DNA of 63,951 nt, filler included. It is 14 parts of 14 records of this genome, joined end to end, with 100 filler letters (N's around TTAATTAATTAA, not from the genome) between each part and the next. Parts side by side here need not be neighbours in the genome. Positions count along the whole stretch, not along the records: positions 1 to 8,756 come from SRR7504441_19839; positions 8,857 to 14,651 come from SRR7504441_19856; 12 more parts are not named here. One strand, given 5' to 3'. The translations under genes and the position numbers were made by a program. The notes beneath the pieces were generated by a model, which made no database searches, was not told the DNA's origin, and saw nothing but the letters and a program-made list of their open reading frames with translations. Numbering within the stretch: the stretch's first letter is position 1; each line of letters opens with the position of its first letter. Below are positions 1-11,800 of the stretch, piece by piece.

Positions 1-860
1 GCGAGAGGGCGCTGCTGCTCTCGATGAGTCCCCCCAGTGCGCGCGGGCCGGCGGCTGGGGCGAGCGGGGCCGGCCAGCCAAGGAGGCGCTGGTCGCGCCG
101 GTGTCTGAGTCGAGCATTTTGAGTCGCGAGCTCATGGAGCAACTGGCTGCGGCACTGCCGCGCAAACTGCAGGTGCAGGCGGGGCGGGCGGCCTGCCGAG
201 GCGCGGGGACAGATGAAGGAGATGGCTTTGCTGTTCTCGGCCGAGGCGGACGGGTGCTGAGCCAACGTGAGGCTGTGTTATGATTGTGCCGTGCAGCTAC
301 TCGACGTCGACTTTAATCTCAAAAGCGGACGGGTCGCCCAATTCTCTGATGGTTGTAGAGTCGATGGACGGGTCGGTGTTTGGCGGGTTTGCCGCATCGC
401 CCTGGCACATGGAGCGCGGCTATTATGGCTCCGGGGAGTGCTTTGTGTTTAGAATCAACCGGCCGGGCGACGGTGCGACTCGCTGGCCTTTGGCCGGTGG
501 TCTCGCTGACCGTTGACAGCGCTTGAGCTGTTTGAGTGGAGTTCAGCAGCGAGCGAGGACAAGTTCTTCCTCAGCTGTGCTCTGGACGGGATCGGGTTTG
601 GGAGTGGTGCCTTATGGATGGATGCCCAGCTGCATCGGGGCAGGTCATCGGCTTGTGTGAGTGGAGTGCGAGTGCGGCGGGCTGAGGTGGGTGGCAGGGC
701 ACGTTCAGGAGTCCGCAGCTGAGCGGCGAGGAGGAGTTTGTAGTGGTAAACGGCTGTAAGTGTGTGAACTGACAAAGGCGGGCAGCGCAATTTAGAATTG
801 CACGGGTACCCAGCAGCAAGGGTAAGGCACAAACGAGCAAATAGTGTGACGCTTTTCTGA
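1..860 (+). CDS. TLDc-domain protein (OXR1/NCOA7-like), 5' partial, 5 introns
   Basis: Splicing GT-AG introns 173-212, 254-296, 473-519, 657-697 and 746-785 gives ...LLFSAEADGYSTSTLISK..VFGGFAASPW..YYGSGECFVF..LWMDAQLHRGRSSACGTFRSPQLSGEEEFVVRNLELHG, the TLDc consensus. TGA at 858-860. Confidence 0.85.
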
Positions 861-1155
861 GTGTTGCCTGCCGTGGCGACGGACTAATAGTTGGAGGTTG
901 GTTCTGTTTCAAAGTTACTCGAAGTAGGCACACTTAAACACCTTAATTAAGTACTGTCAAATCTAGCGGGCCGGCTTGCAATCCTCAACTTAAAGTGTGA
1001 TTACATATTAGTGCTTATAAACAGTATATTATTTGATTTGAAACTATCATAACCAACCGAACTGAACATCTTGTTGAATAGGTTATATACAATCTAAAGA
1101 CCAAGTATACCGAGGCTGAAAGGCCATCGAGTGGGGCACCGACACTACTACGACA

Positions 1156-4100
1156 CTACTGCCGCCCGAATGATGACATCATTCTAGCTTGCTCCGCCTG
1201 CACCACAACATTGAGTCAGAGCCTGAAGCATGTGCCTGATGCACACTCACCTCAAACTGTTCCATAGCCTCGTCCTCATCCGAGTCGTGCGCAAATTTGG
1301 ATTTCTTAGGCTGCCCCAAGCCAGGTCAGCCTCCTGTGCACTCGTGTGCATCTACCTTGTCGTCCTCTAATGTGTCTTCTTTCACCCCAAACGTGTAACC
1401 CCTGGGGCTCCCCTGAGGGCTCCCTCTAGGAGATTCCCTTGATACCACGGGCTCCGGCTCCGGATCTTGCTGCCGCTCTGTAGACCTTCGGCGGGCTCTG
1501 GCTCTGGCTCCAGTTTCAGCTCTGGCGGTGGCCCTAGCTCTGGGTGAGGGTTCGGGCTTCTTCGGTTCTGGTCGGGGCTCCGGCTCTGGCTCGATCGCAG
1601 CAAACTGGTCCCGGAGCTGATCCGACCGGGTTGGCTCTGGCTCTGGCTCTGGCTCGGGCTCTGGCTCAGGCTCGGGTGTCGGCTCGGGCTCGGGCGTTGG
1701 TTGTGGCATTTGTGGGGTTGGCTGCTTCAGCTTCATTTGCAGCCTTGTCTCAGGCTCCGGGGATTTGTAAGTCAATTCGGGATACATATCATCAATCTTT
1801 GTCCTGCCTTGAGCCAGCACTAGCCCCTGCCCTTCGAAGTCGAACCCTTCAGCATCGCCCAGATACTCAAAGCAGCAAATGTCGCCCTTAGGATTGGACA
1901 TGGGCAGCCATCCGAGCCCAGACTTGCACTTGATGAAAATGGCTTCGGGACCTGCAGTGGGTCCAGTTGCTCTCTCATGGGCTCTAAGCGGTCTCACCAT
2001 GCCGAATTGCGGTCGCAATCACACACTGGGGTCTATTGGGGCCAACACCGTCCTGATTCTGCCCCAGGGGTAAGTTTAAGGCTTTCCAACCGAAGACCTT
2101 GTCTTTGAAGTTGTTGGTAAAGCGATAAGCCACTCCTGCAGCAGAATTGGTAAAGACCAATCTATTCATCTGTGTACCTGGTGGAGAGATCTTGCACTGA
2201 AATACCCTCTCACCAAACTGGACAGACTGGTTGTTTGGTGGGGCCTCGGCTGCTGGGTTGGTTCCAGCGACCAGCATCAGTGAGCTGCTGTCGATATCCT
2301 TGAGCTTGCCACGGTGCTGGAACAGCTGCGTGCCACGGGTTGGATTGTACAAGGGGAGCCAGCCATTGCCCGACTTGCACTGAATGAAGATCACCTCAGG
2401 TCCTGCGAAGTTGGTCAGGCTGCAAATCGCCGTGAAGGCACCTTGGTGAATTGCTGTGGCAATGACACACTCTGGGGCTTTGGGCCCACACACCGAGGTG
2501 TTCTTATCTCGCATGAGTGGTGAGTTCCTGTAGCCCACACCTGTAGCTTGCACCAGGCATACATACACTCGCTCCTCGAACTGCACCAAGCCAATTACAG
2601 ATCGCTTGCCGGTTCACTATGCGCGCACCTCGTCATTTGCATACTCCTCAATGGGAGTGGGGGAGGGTGAGGCACTCAGGAGCGAGGTTGGCGTGTCAGG
2701 AACTGGAGGGGTACTGGTAGGAACAGGAGAGGTGCTGGCCGGCACAGGAGAAGTGCTCAGAGAGGGCTCCGGCTCCCGGCGTGGCACTCTTGGGCTCTCA
2801 GTGCGCGGCTGGCTTAGGCTGTTTAGCCTGCGCCTCGCACGTTCTCCTGCTTCTTTGGCTGCCCTAGCTCTCGGGCTCAGATCATCATCTGACTTGTCTT
2901 CCACTCGCTTCTTGGCGACCAGCTCGTCTGCGGTTGCCTTCTGCTTGGCTGAAATCTCAGCATCGGAAGCCATCCTCTTTGCTTCATGCCCTGCCTCAAC
3001 AACCTTCGGCTTTGCTGCAATTTGAGTCTCGGCGGCTGCCTGCTTTGATTCAAGTTCCTCTTGAGCATCGAACTCTTCCTCTGCTGCCTTGCGCTTTGCT
3101 GCTTGGTTTGCTGCTGCAGCCTTTCGCTTTGCCACCAGCAGCGCCTCTGATGCCCTCTTCGCTTCAAGCTCTGCTTGGACCTCCTGCTGCTTAGCTGCAA
3201 GGTCAGCCGCGGCTTTGTTCAAAGCTGTCAGCATCCTTGTATGCTCGTGCGCTCGCTGTCCCTCAGTCGCATGCTCCTCATCAGCGTTCTGGCTCGGGCT
3301 CCGTGACTTTAGCTCTTCATTGGCCCTGTTCTGGGCCACTGCAGCCTCAGCACAGGTTTCAACCGGCGAAGCACGTGCATCTGAGGCAGACAATACTCTC
3401 ATTGAATTCTGCAGTTGCGTATCTAGTTCCCTCATTGCACCGAGAATCTCTTCACGGTCCTGATCAGACGGATTGTCTGTAATCGCGAGGGATAATTGCT
3501 CGTAGCTCTCCATTGCCTGACGAGCCTCCAACTGGTCCAGATCCATCTGTTGGCCTCTACTGACTGGTTCCAAGCTCTCTGCAGGCCTCTGCTCCTTCCT
3601 CGGACTCGCTATCCGCTCGATCTGGGATTCCATTCGTTCCTGCTCAGCTTGCATGTGCGACATACCCGCCCTTTGCGAGAGCGACACTGCTGAATTGGCT
3701 TTCCCAGGCTGGCGTGCCTCCGTCGGCTGAGGAGCGCGCGCAACTCGCCTGGCTCCCAGCGACTTTTCAACTCTCCTCTGTTCAGCACGTATGGCTGCTC
3801 GTATCTCATCCAGTTCATCCTCAGGCTCGAGCGTCGGCGACCACCGATCAGTGTGTATCACACTGGGTTCAGGGCTGACAGTACCTGGCACACCTACCCA
3901 GTGCTTGCTTTGCAAAGATCGCTGCATGCCTCGGCTGGGAGATGTCGGCTGTCGGACGCTCACACGTGAGGGCAGTTGAGCTCTGTTGCTGCCTTGAGAT
4001 GCCACCACCTGCTCCATCCTCCGCATCTCAGCTCGCTGATACGGATCCTCATCTTCGTGACGATCCCACCTACTCGGGCGTGATCCCACCTTGGGTGCCT

Positions 4101-5557
4101 CCTTGGCTCTGCTCAGACGCTCCGCCTCCTGGCGAGTCTCAGCTGCAGCGGCATCCCAACGCTCGGCCTCTCTCTGAGCCTCTCTTTGCTTCTGCGCGTA
4201 CTCGTGTTCTCTTCGGGCTGCCTGCTCCCTCCAGGCTGCCTGCTCCCTCCTCGCCTCCTGCTCCCTCCTGGCAGTCTGCTCTTGCGCAAACTCCTCCTCT
4301 GCAACCCTCACAAAGCTCCTCCTCTCGCCAGCCTCCGCACCAGGCCGAGCCTGCGCTTTGAACCGTGCTGATTCGGACCGAGCTTCTCCCCGGCCGCTGA
4401 CAGAGCCGTATCCCTTGTCCTGAGGCGCTCGGCTGGAGGGCGCAATGTTGTGCGCAGCAAGCATGTCATCCTGCGCGGCCTTCCGTTGCGTCATCAGCTC
4501 GTCCCGCCGGCTGGGCGACGCGCTGCGGGCCGCCCGAACAGCCGCTTGCTCGGCAGCAGCGGCCTTCTGCCGGTTGAGCATCTCGTCCTCGGCGGCCTTT
4601 CGTTGGACTGCAAACTCCGCCTTCTTGGCCTGCTCCGCTCGATACTCGGCCCGCGATGCTTCCTGAGCCAGCCGCGCGACCATTTCAGCCTGCCCCTCGG
4701 CTCGCCGGCAGGCCAGGCACTGCGCACCTCCTCCGCCGCCGCCCTGGGGGTCTGAGTGTAGAGCACCCGCTCGCCCCCGACCTGCCGCCTTTGGTCCGCT
4801 CCACGGAAGGCCGCCTGGATCTGTGTGGTTGCACTGGTGGCCTGCCTCAGCGGCTCGCCCGTCTGATCAGCTTCAGTCTGCTCGGCCCGCAGCTCAGCCG
4901 TCCCGATCGGCGCCTTCACGGCTGAAGCATCACCCGCCTGCACCTGGTCTGGCTGCGGGCTCGGCTCGACGTGATCCATTCCGAGCGGAGGGCTTCGGTC
5001 GCGCTCGGCCGCCCGCATGTCGGCGATATCCCGATAGGCCGCCATCGCCGACTTGGATGGCGAGCCTGCCGGCGCGGGCCGCGTTTTGGGCATCACGTCT
5101 ACCCACGAGCAATAGTCCCCGGCCAGTATCGGGGCACCAGTGGGACCAGGACCTGCGGCCGGGCGCGGCGCGGCTGATGCGCCCGTACTGAGTGGGGCGG
5201 CCGGGCGGGAAGCCAGCGGGGACGGCGGGCGTCCCCCGAGAGACGGCGGCATCTGGGTGCGAGGGGAGCGAAGCAGGTCCGACCGATGATAGCTCACCCC
5301 ATTGATCAGCAGCCGGTCGGGGGATCGGGCCCGCGGGGTCCGGGGCGGGCTGCGGTCGCGCGGTCGGACCTGACGCAGTCGGTCGGCCCGGGCGGGTGCG
5401 GAGGGCACACCTCAATGACCGCAGCGGTCGGGTTCCCGGAGCGGAGCTGATTGGTGAGACGCAGCCGCCAGTCGGAGTCCGGGGCAGCAGGGCCGGGGAC
5501 GACCTGGCGCGAGGAAGAGTACCGCTCGGTGGCCAGCTGACGGCCCTCCCTCCTCAT
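1156..5557 (-). CDS. Large multi-exon protein: Pro/Arg-rich N-terminus, IQ-like motif, long coiled coil, two copies of an SH3-like ~110-aa repeat, (PE)n tract
   Basis: ORFs 4494-5408, 2617-4683, 1984-2589 and 1326-2018 join through short GT-AG introns. IQ-like ATTQIQAAFRG. Repeated GV[GA]YR...GP..P.CVIATAI..GPE.IFI.CKSG.GWLP. Confidence 0.6.
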
Positions 5558-5834
5558 TTCAGAGAGGGGCCGCGATGCGAGGGAGAGATTCCGTCCCGAA
5601 GCTTTTTTCACAACGGCGCGACTCGCGCTTGAATTTTATTTCACTGACTGTCGTGCTTGTGCAGCCTTAGTTGCCGGTTTGCCCGAAAAGCGTTCCACAT
5701 TCAAAAGCGCACAAAAATCATTCCGGCAGATGCTTAACGGTGTGTTTGTAGAACCGTGTATTGTAACGAAGTTACATACGTACATGCATTGATGCTTCAA
5801 TCAGAAAGAGCGTGTTAGGACTTAGGAGCCCGCG

Positions 5835-7496
5835 TCAGCGGGCAGCTCGGGCCGCCACTACTTCGTGTCTAGTCTTCTTATCCTCCAGATGCAGCAGCCG
5901 CTCGAGTTCCCGCGCAGCTTCCTTTGAGCTCGGCCTAGCTTCTTCGCTCGGCACAAGGCAACTGCAGGCCAGCTTGTGCATGATGCTAGCCGCATTCAGA
6001 TCCCACGCGCCTGCCTGCGAGTCCAACACCTTCAGCAGATTCGCCCGCCCGTGAAACTTCTCAGCCGTTCTGAGCAAGCCGCCCGGTGGGACTGGCCCTC
6101 GCGCGTCCGGCAGCCTGCCGAGCAACAGCTCGAGCAGCACCACTCCTAGCGAGTAGATGTCGGTCTGACTGGACAGCTGGGCCCCATCGGCTAGGCTCGG
6201 GTCCATCCAAGGCGAATCAAACATCCTTTTGAGTCTGAAAACCTGTGTCAGCTGAGCCGGGCCTCCGCACAGCGCCGAGAGGTAATGCTCGCCCAGATAA
6301 CACTGGCTGCATCCGGCCTCGAGCATCACATTGGACGACTGCAGCACCCCATGCACCATCCCGGCTGCATGCAGCTGCTCGAGAGCCGCCGCCGCCGTGT
6401 ATGCGACCTTCACCCGCGAGCGCCAATCGAGCGCCATCTCGCCGGTGCTCAGGTTGTCGGCCAGCCGCTGGTGAAGCGATCCGTCCGGCATGTAGCGGTG
6501 CACCACGCAGCACTGGTTCCTTGCTGTGGCTAGCCCGAGTACAGGGAAGCACGAGGGAGCATCGAGCTGCCCGAGTGCCTGAACTATTTGCATCGGATCG
6601 GTACTGATGAATCCGAACAGCGGGCTCCTGTGGTCGAATAGTTTGAGCATCGCCACTGTCTGGCCCACATAAACAAGGTGGTCCGAGCTCCAATCGCCCC
6701 GGCCCAGGCATGACTGCTCGTCGAAACCGGACGCAGCCCACGCCAGCTCGTGCCACGAGTACAAGACCACCGGCCGGGCGGCCATCCGGTACAGGCTCAG
6801 CTCCTTCTGAGTCTTGTCCAGCTCGGCCCGCATTACCTCCAGCCACACCTCCAGATCTTTACTCACTTCCCTCTCCTCGTCCATCTCCACCATCGGCTGC
6901 GGGCGCACCCTGCCTGGCGACGCCAACGCCAGCCCGGACGGCCCGAGCTGCACCCCCGCCCCACGGCACTGCTGTCGGAGCAGGTCCCGCTTGCTCAGCA
7001 CGCTGCTCGCCTCGGCGGCCGCTTGTTTGAGCTCGAGCCCTCGCTGCTGGCAGCTGTGCCGCCGTACTTTACCATCCATCCGGGTCTGCTTCAGCCTGGC
7101 AGCGCACTCCTTCCGGCTGGCCCGCTCCCGCCGGGCGACCGCAACGGCGATTTTGAGCAGGTCGGTTGGTGAGAGCTCGGAGGAAAGAAGCCCGAGGTCT
7201 AGCGGCGGCTCCGGCTCCGGCTCGGGCTGACTATTGATGAACGCAGCGGCGGCGTCGGCCATCTCGTACCGGTCGATGACCCCGTCCATGTTGGCGTCCA
7301 CCCGGCTGGACTTCCAGTTTTGGGTCAGGAAGTCGTAGAAGGCGTCGTACTCACTGCCGGCGAGGTAGGTGCCGAGCTCTGACCGGGTCAATTCGCCGTT
7401 GCGCACCCAGCGGTCGGCCAGTTCGAACACCCCGTCCACCAGCTCGACCGTACCTTCCGGGTGCTGCGCCGTGATCAGTTCGTGCAGCCCGGCCAT
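5835..7496 (-). CDS. EF-hand pair + coiled coil + RLK/Pelle(IRAK)-like pseudokinase
   Basis: EF loops DRWVRNGELTRSE and DANMDGVIDRYE. Kinase shows YSWHELAWAASGFDEQSCLGRG, LDWRSRVKVA, WMDPS and DIYSLGVVLLELLLGR. HRD reads HGV and DFG is absent. Confidence 0.75.
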   Translation of the reverse strand: MAGLHELITAQHPEGTVELVDGVFELADRWVRNGELTRSELGTYLAGSEYDAFYDFLTQNWKSSRVDANMDGVIDRYEMADAAAAFINSQPEPEPEPPLDLGLLSSELSPTDLLKIAVAVARRERASRKECAARLKQTRMDGKVRRHSCQQRGLELKQAAAEASSVLSKRDLLRQQCRGAGVQLGPSGLALASPGRVRPQPMVEMDEEREVSKDLEVWLEVMRAELDKTQKELSLYRMAARPVVLYSWHELAWAASGFDEQSCLGRGDWSSDHLVYVGQTVAMLKLFDHRSPLFGFISTDPMQIVQALGQLDAPSCFPVLGLATARNQCCVVHRYMPDGSLHQRLADNLSTGEMALDWRSRVKVAYTAAAALEQLHAAGMVHGVLQSSNVMLEAGCSQCYLGEHYLSALCGGPAQLTQVFRLKRMFDSPWMDPSLADGAQLSSQTDIYSLGVVLLELLLGRLPDARGPVPPGGLLRTAEKFHGRANLLKVLDSQAGAWDLNAASIMHKLACSCLVPSEEARPSSKEAARELERLLHLEDKKTRHEVVAARAAR

Positions 7497-7929
7497 CCGC
7501 ACTGGCGCAGACAGCAAAGGAGGCGGTGCGCAACCGTTTCGGTTCGTTTGGCTGAAGGGTGCAAGCGGGGCAGGCCTGATGGCTCTTGTGTGCACGCCAA
7601 TCTTGAGATTCAAGCCATTTTAATACGTAATAAACAGCCAGCCCATTAGATAGGCTAGACCCGCCCCCGAAACAAGGATCGCATCATTCAAAGAGCCAAA
7701 TAAAAGCGCACCCGCGCGACGTGACCCGCGATAACATTGTGAATTTTCGTTGGACTGGCATGGAGAGTGGAGACTACTGAGGAGGGGGTCGAAAGCGAGT
7801 CATTGCCCGGTACAAATTATGGGCTCAAGCCTGTCGAGCCTAGGTAGTCATCGGTAGGCTCAACTTGCCCTCCGGAAATAATTCGAATACCGGAATCATA
7901 AAAATATCATTGAGCACGGGCACTGCCCA

Positions 7930-8502
7930 TTAGGCCAGCTGGCTCGCGAGAGCCTGCCGGTCCCAGTAGGCCTTGGCGGCCGCTATCTGGCCGCCGTCGT
8001 CCAACTCGAACACCATGAACAACGGATAGCTCACCCTGCCGCCGCTCTTGCTCCGCAACGACATGCTAAAGTGCGCGGCCACACTTCCTGGTCCGCAGCC
8101 GAACCCGCTGGTGCACACCATCATCGGCCGGCGCACCCACATTACTTTGCTCCACTTGTCCATGATCGCCGGCCGGCCTCGGTACACCCGACTGGCCCCG
8201 CCGCCCACAGGGTCCTCCAGCAGCGCCTGCTCGGCCCACAGCCCAGCCAGCGCGTTCTCGTCCCCGTGTGTCACCGCCCAGGCGTAGCGCTGCCCTCCAA
8301 CAGTCAGCCGGGCCGGGGTCGGGGCCGTGCCTCTGGCAGGCTCTCCGGCCGGGCGTCTGACGGCGAGGCCGCGGCCCGTTCGAGGTCTCGCTGGGCGGAG
8401 CGGTCGGCTGGGTCGGGCCGGGGGGCGCACCTGCAGGCTGGTCGGGAGCTCCGGGTGCCCGCGCTCGTTCCATATCTTCCGTGCCAGGTCACCCGCCGGC
8501 AT
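7930..8502 (-). CDS. SnoaL/NTF2-like domain protein, 2 introns
   Basis: RYAWAVTHGDENALAGLWAEQALLEDPVGG..YRGRPAI..VFELDDGGQIAAAKAYWD. Introns 8391-8430 (GT-AG) and 8290-8330 (GC-AG). Confidence 0.75.
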   Translation of the reverse strand: MPAGDLARKIWNERGHPELPTSLQVRPPARPSRPLRPARPRTGRGLAVRRPAGEPARGTAPTPARLTVGGQRYAWAVTHGDENALAGLWAEQALLEDPVGGGASRVYRGRPAIMDKWSKVMWVRRPMMVCTSGFGCGPGSVAAHFSMSLRSKSGGRVSYPLFMVFELDDGGQIAAAKAYWDRQALASQLA

Positions 8503-8618
8503 CTCAACCTCGCACTGCCGTGTCCCAGTGCACCCCTGCCAAGCGATAACGGACTTACCAGGCACCTCGCCTCACAAGGTGGTCGGCAAAAAAGTTGGAG
8601 TTGCTTCATATTTAGACC

Positions 8619-8756
8619 ATGGACGGTGGGCCGGCGGCCGGCGGCGCCTGACGGCCGGGGCAGGGACAATGGTGGCCGTGAAGCAGCAGGACATGAGCAA
8701 GGAGATGCTCGACTACGTGACCGGCGTGGCCCAGGTCCCGCCCCCGCCCCCCCCCC
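8619..8756 (+). CDS. Dynein light chain (LC8-type), 3' partial
   Basis: After one short intron: MDGTMVAVKQQDMSKEMLDYVTGVAQ, resembling the LC8 N-terminus (VIKNADMSEEMQ). Cut by the contig end. Confidence 0.5.
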
Positions 8757-8856
8757 NNNNNNNNNNNNNNNNNNNNNNNNNNNNNNNNNNNNNNNNNNNN
8801 TTAATTAATTAANNNNNNNNNNNNNNNNNNNNNNNNNNNNNNNNNNNNNNNNNNNN
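8757..8856. other. Artificial contig linker (N44-TTAATTAATTAA-N44), first of 13
   Basis: Identical 100-nt linkers also at 14652-14751, 19488-19587, 23692-23791, 27002-27101, 32813-32912, 35919-36018, 39100-39199, 43384-43483, 47537-47636, 51990-52089, 56131-56230 and 60410-60509. The 12-mer puts stops in all six frames. Confidence 0.98.
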
Positions 8857-8866
8857 TGTCTTCCAG

Positions 8867-11800
8867 GTCATCAATGTTGTTCAAGGCGAAGGTTTGCTCA
8901 AGCACCACCCAAGTTCTGTACAGGATGCGCCCAAAACTAAGTACATGACCTGCATCCAGCTCTCAGATATCCCAGAGGCTCGGATCACAAGTCCAGCCTT
9001 CCTCACTCTGCTGTTTTCAATGCTCGTAACTCCGAGCGAGGCTCATCGACACGAAGTGCTGTATGATGCACTGCTGCCTTGGCTCTCAGGTCAGACTTTG
9101 ATCGAGGCACTCGACAATACAGCAGCCGCTGGTAATCGCGCTAATCACTGGACTGTGGATGCTGGGCCGCCTGATGAGGTGAAGTTGCAGCAGTCGCATT
9201 CATTATCTGAAGCAAGACCAAATTTGCTTGTATGGAGCAAGACCGAGTTTGCTTGGAGGACACCTGCGCGGGGCGGCAGCGCGACCTCTGGCTGGCGTGT
9301 GACATTCGAAGCTGTGCGAACGATTTTGAGTTCATGGGACGTGTCCGTTGATCAGCTAAAGCAGCTTTCATTGGCAATGCGCGTTGAGCTGTTGGATAAA
9401 GCAAGTGAGGATCTCGCGATTGTAATCAATCCTCGCCTAGCACTGCCACAATCTTCGCGTCTCATGGCGTTGTTGGCCTCTCTTCCGCTCTTGAATAATC
9501 AGATGGAACCAGTGTCGGCGTTTGGATTGTCGGGAAAGACTATTGGACTTTTCTTTAGCGGCCACTGGTGTCCCCCATCTCGTGATTTCACACCCAGGTT
9601 ACCCAGTCCCTTGTTAATATTGTCCCTGATCCTGAGTATCGCAGGTTGGTCGAGCTTTACAATCTGCTCAAGACGTCCACAGAGCAGTGGGAGCAATGCC
9701 ATAAGACCTCGATAGAACTGATAGAAGCACTGAAAGCTCATGAGGAAAGTGGGACATCAAGGAGCGAAGAGGCCAAGGCGCTTGACATCGAGTTGCAAGT
9801 GTGTCAAGAGAAGCAAACCAGTCTCACATATAAGCCATGGGAGATCGTGTTCGTTTCGTCGGACAATTCACCAGAGGAGTTCCGAGAGTATTTCAGTTCC
9901 ATGCCGTGGCTCGCTGTGGATTATGATCGAGATTCAGAGCGAAAGCTGAGTAAGTATAAGTGCCTTATGTATATAATGACTTCTGAAGACTAACAACCCA
10001 CTCAGGTGGGGAGCTATCCACTGAGTTTGGTGTCAACTCCATACCTACATTGATAATCATTGCCCCAGATGGCCATGTCATCACCACATCTGGAAGGGAG
10101 GCGGCTCAAAACGACCCAGAGGGCAAGATGTTTCCATGGGGCTCAAAAGGTTCTGGTTCAAATGACCAGTCTGGCACTGGTGGTTCAATTGACGACAGCC
10201 AACGGTACATGATAGAGTTGGGATGCAGTCAACTTGCCAGAGATGCCGCCAAAGGAGCAAAACGAGGTCGTATCGATGAAAGTTTGTTGAATTCGACGCG
10301 AATGCTACTGAATACGGTCTGCTTGCATCGGGACGCCATTCTGAGTCCGGTGCAGGTGACCGATCAGCTAGAGCAAGTAGAGAGTGTAAAACTAAAACCA
10401 GTTGCAGCTGAGGGTAACGATGACAACAACGACGGTGAGAACAGCCTTCGAGTTGACGCTGCTACGCAAATATTTGATAAGTTCCCACTTTCTGTGGGTG
10501 AAGGTCCGTGCTACTGATATGTACATGAGTTGATTGTTGTGCCTTTTGACAGATCGTTACTGTGGCCGGAAGATCGAAGTGGCAGACACTCCCTCAATCG
10601 ATCTGCTCGTGGCTCGCCCAAGCCACCATATGAGTAGCCCACAGAGAGCACTCGGCCTACTCATTCGAACAGAAGTGACGTGCAGAGCACTTCTGGCTCG
10701 AGATCACGCAGGCACTGTAGCGTCTCGACTGCCTTCACAACACGAAGCCCTGCAATGCATAGCTAATTTATTCATTGAACTAATGCCAGTACCCGTTCCT
10801 GTGAACAAGACAGATGTGCCTTGCATGTGGAGAGACGAAGCTTTACCGCCAGCCATCCAGCTACAATTACTCAAGAATCTTTGGTCAATCATACACATTT
10901 ATGCAGAGCTTTGGCATCGATGGAATGGCGGGTCCATCCCAAGGAGCAAGGTGGCTGAGCGCGCAGTGGTTGCCATGGTAGCTCTGTCTTGCTTTGATGC
11001 TGTGTTGCGGCGAGACCAAGGCGAAAGCACGTTAGGTGTCACGCGATTGATTGCAGCCACTCATTCAGCAGGCGGGTATTCGATATCAACCGAGGTTGGT
11101 GCCAAGGGCGAGACAATCGAGCAGGCCGTCAGACATTTGGAAATGGACCGTCCAGAGGTGTGCACCGCGAGAGACCTCAGCCTGGCTTATTTGACATCTG
11201 TCAAGGATGCCTGCCGCGATTCAAAGACCAACGAGCCTAGATGTTTGCTCGATCTCAAGTACAACACATTCACAGGCTTCTTTGAGTTCGATGAAGCTGA
11301 CAACAACTGCAAGTTTGTGAAAAAGCTGGTAGACTATGCTGGATTTCCGCTCAAGCCGCCGCGGTGCGAACCTCGTGCCACCACAGAATTTCAGGCAGCA
11401 GGGCACTGGTTCTGTTACTGCGATAATCCCAAGGCTGAGCCGTTTGGTCAGTTAAACGAGAAGCACCCAGAGTTTGTGCTCCTGAGGAATATGGCCGTCA
11501 TGTTTAAGTTTTTGGTAACAATGGATACCTTGCATGATCAGATGCTCAGAAAGGCCCATGATATGGATGAGCGTGAAAAGGCAAAATATGAGTTAGTGTT
11601 GGACCGTGACCGTCAGAGGCCCAAGCCAGTGTCTACCGGCCTTGCCGTTGAATCGCCGACTCTTGGGCTGTTTGCTCTGGACCCAAGGCCCTCCAAGACA
11701 ATAATCGACATGCAATTCTCTTTCGGGGAAATTGCCATGGTGTGGGGAGTGGGACCCATTTTCAGGCAACCTGAAACTGAATTTTGCCAGATCCAATCGT

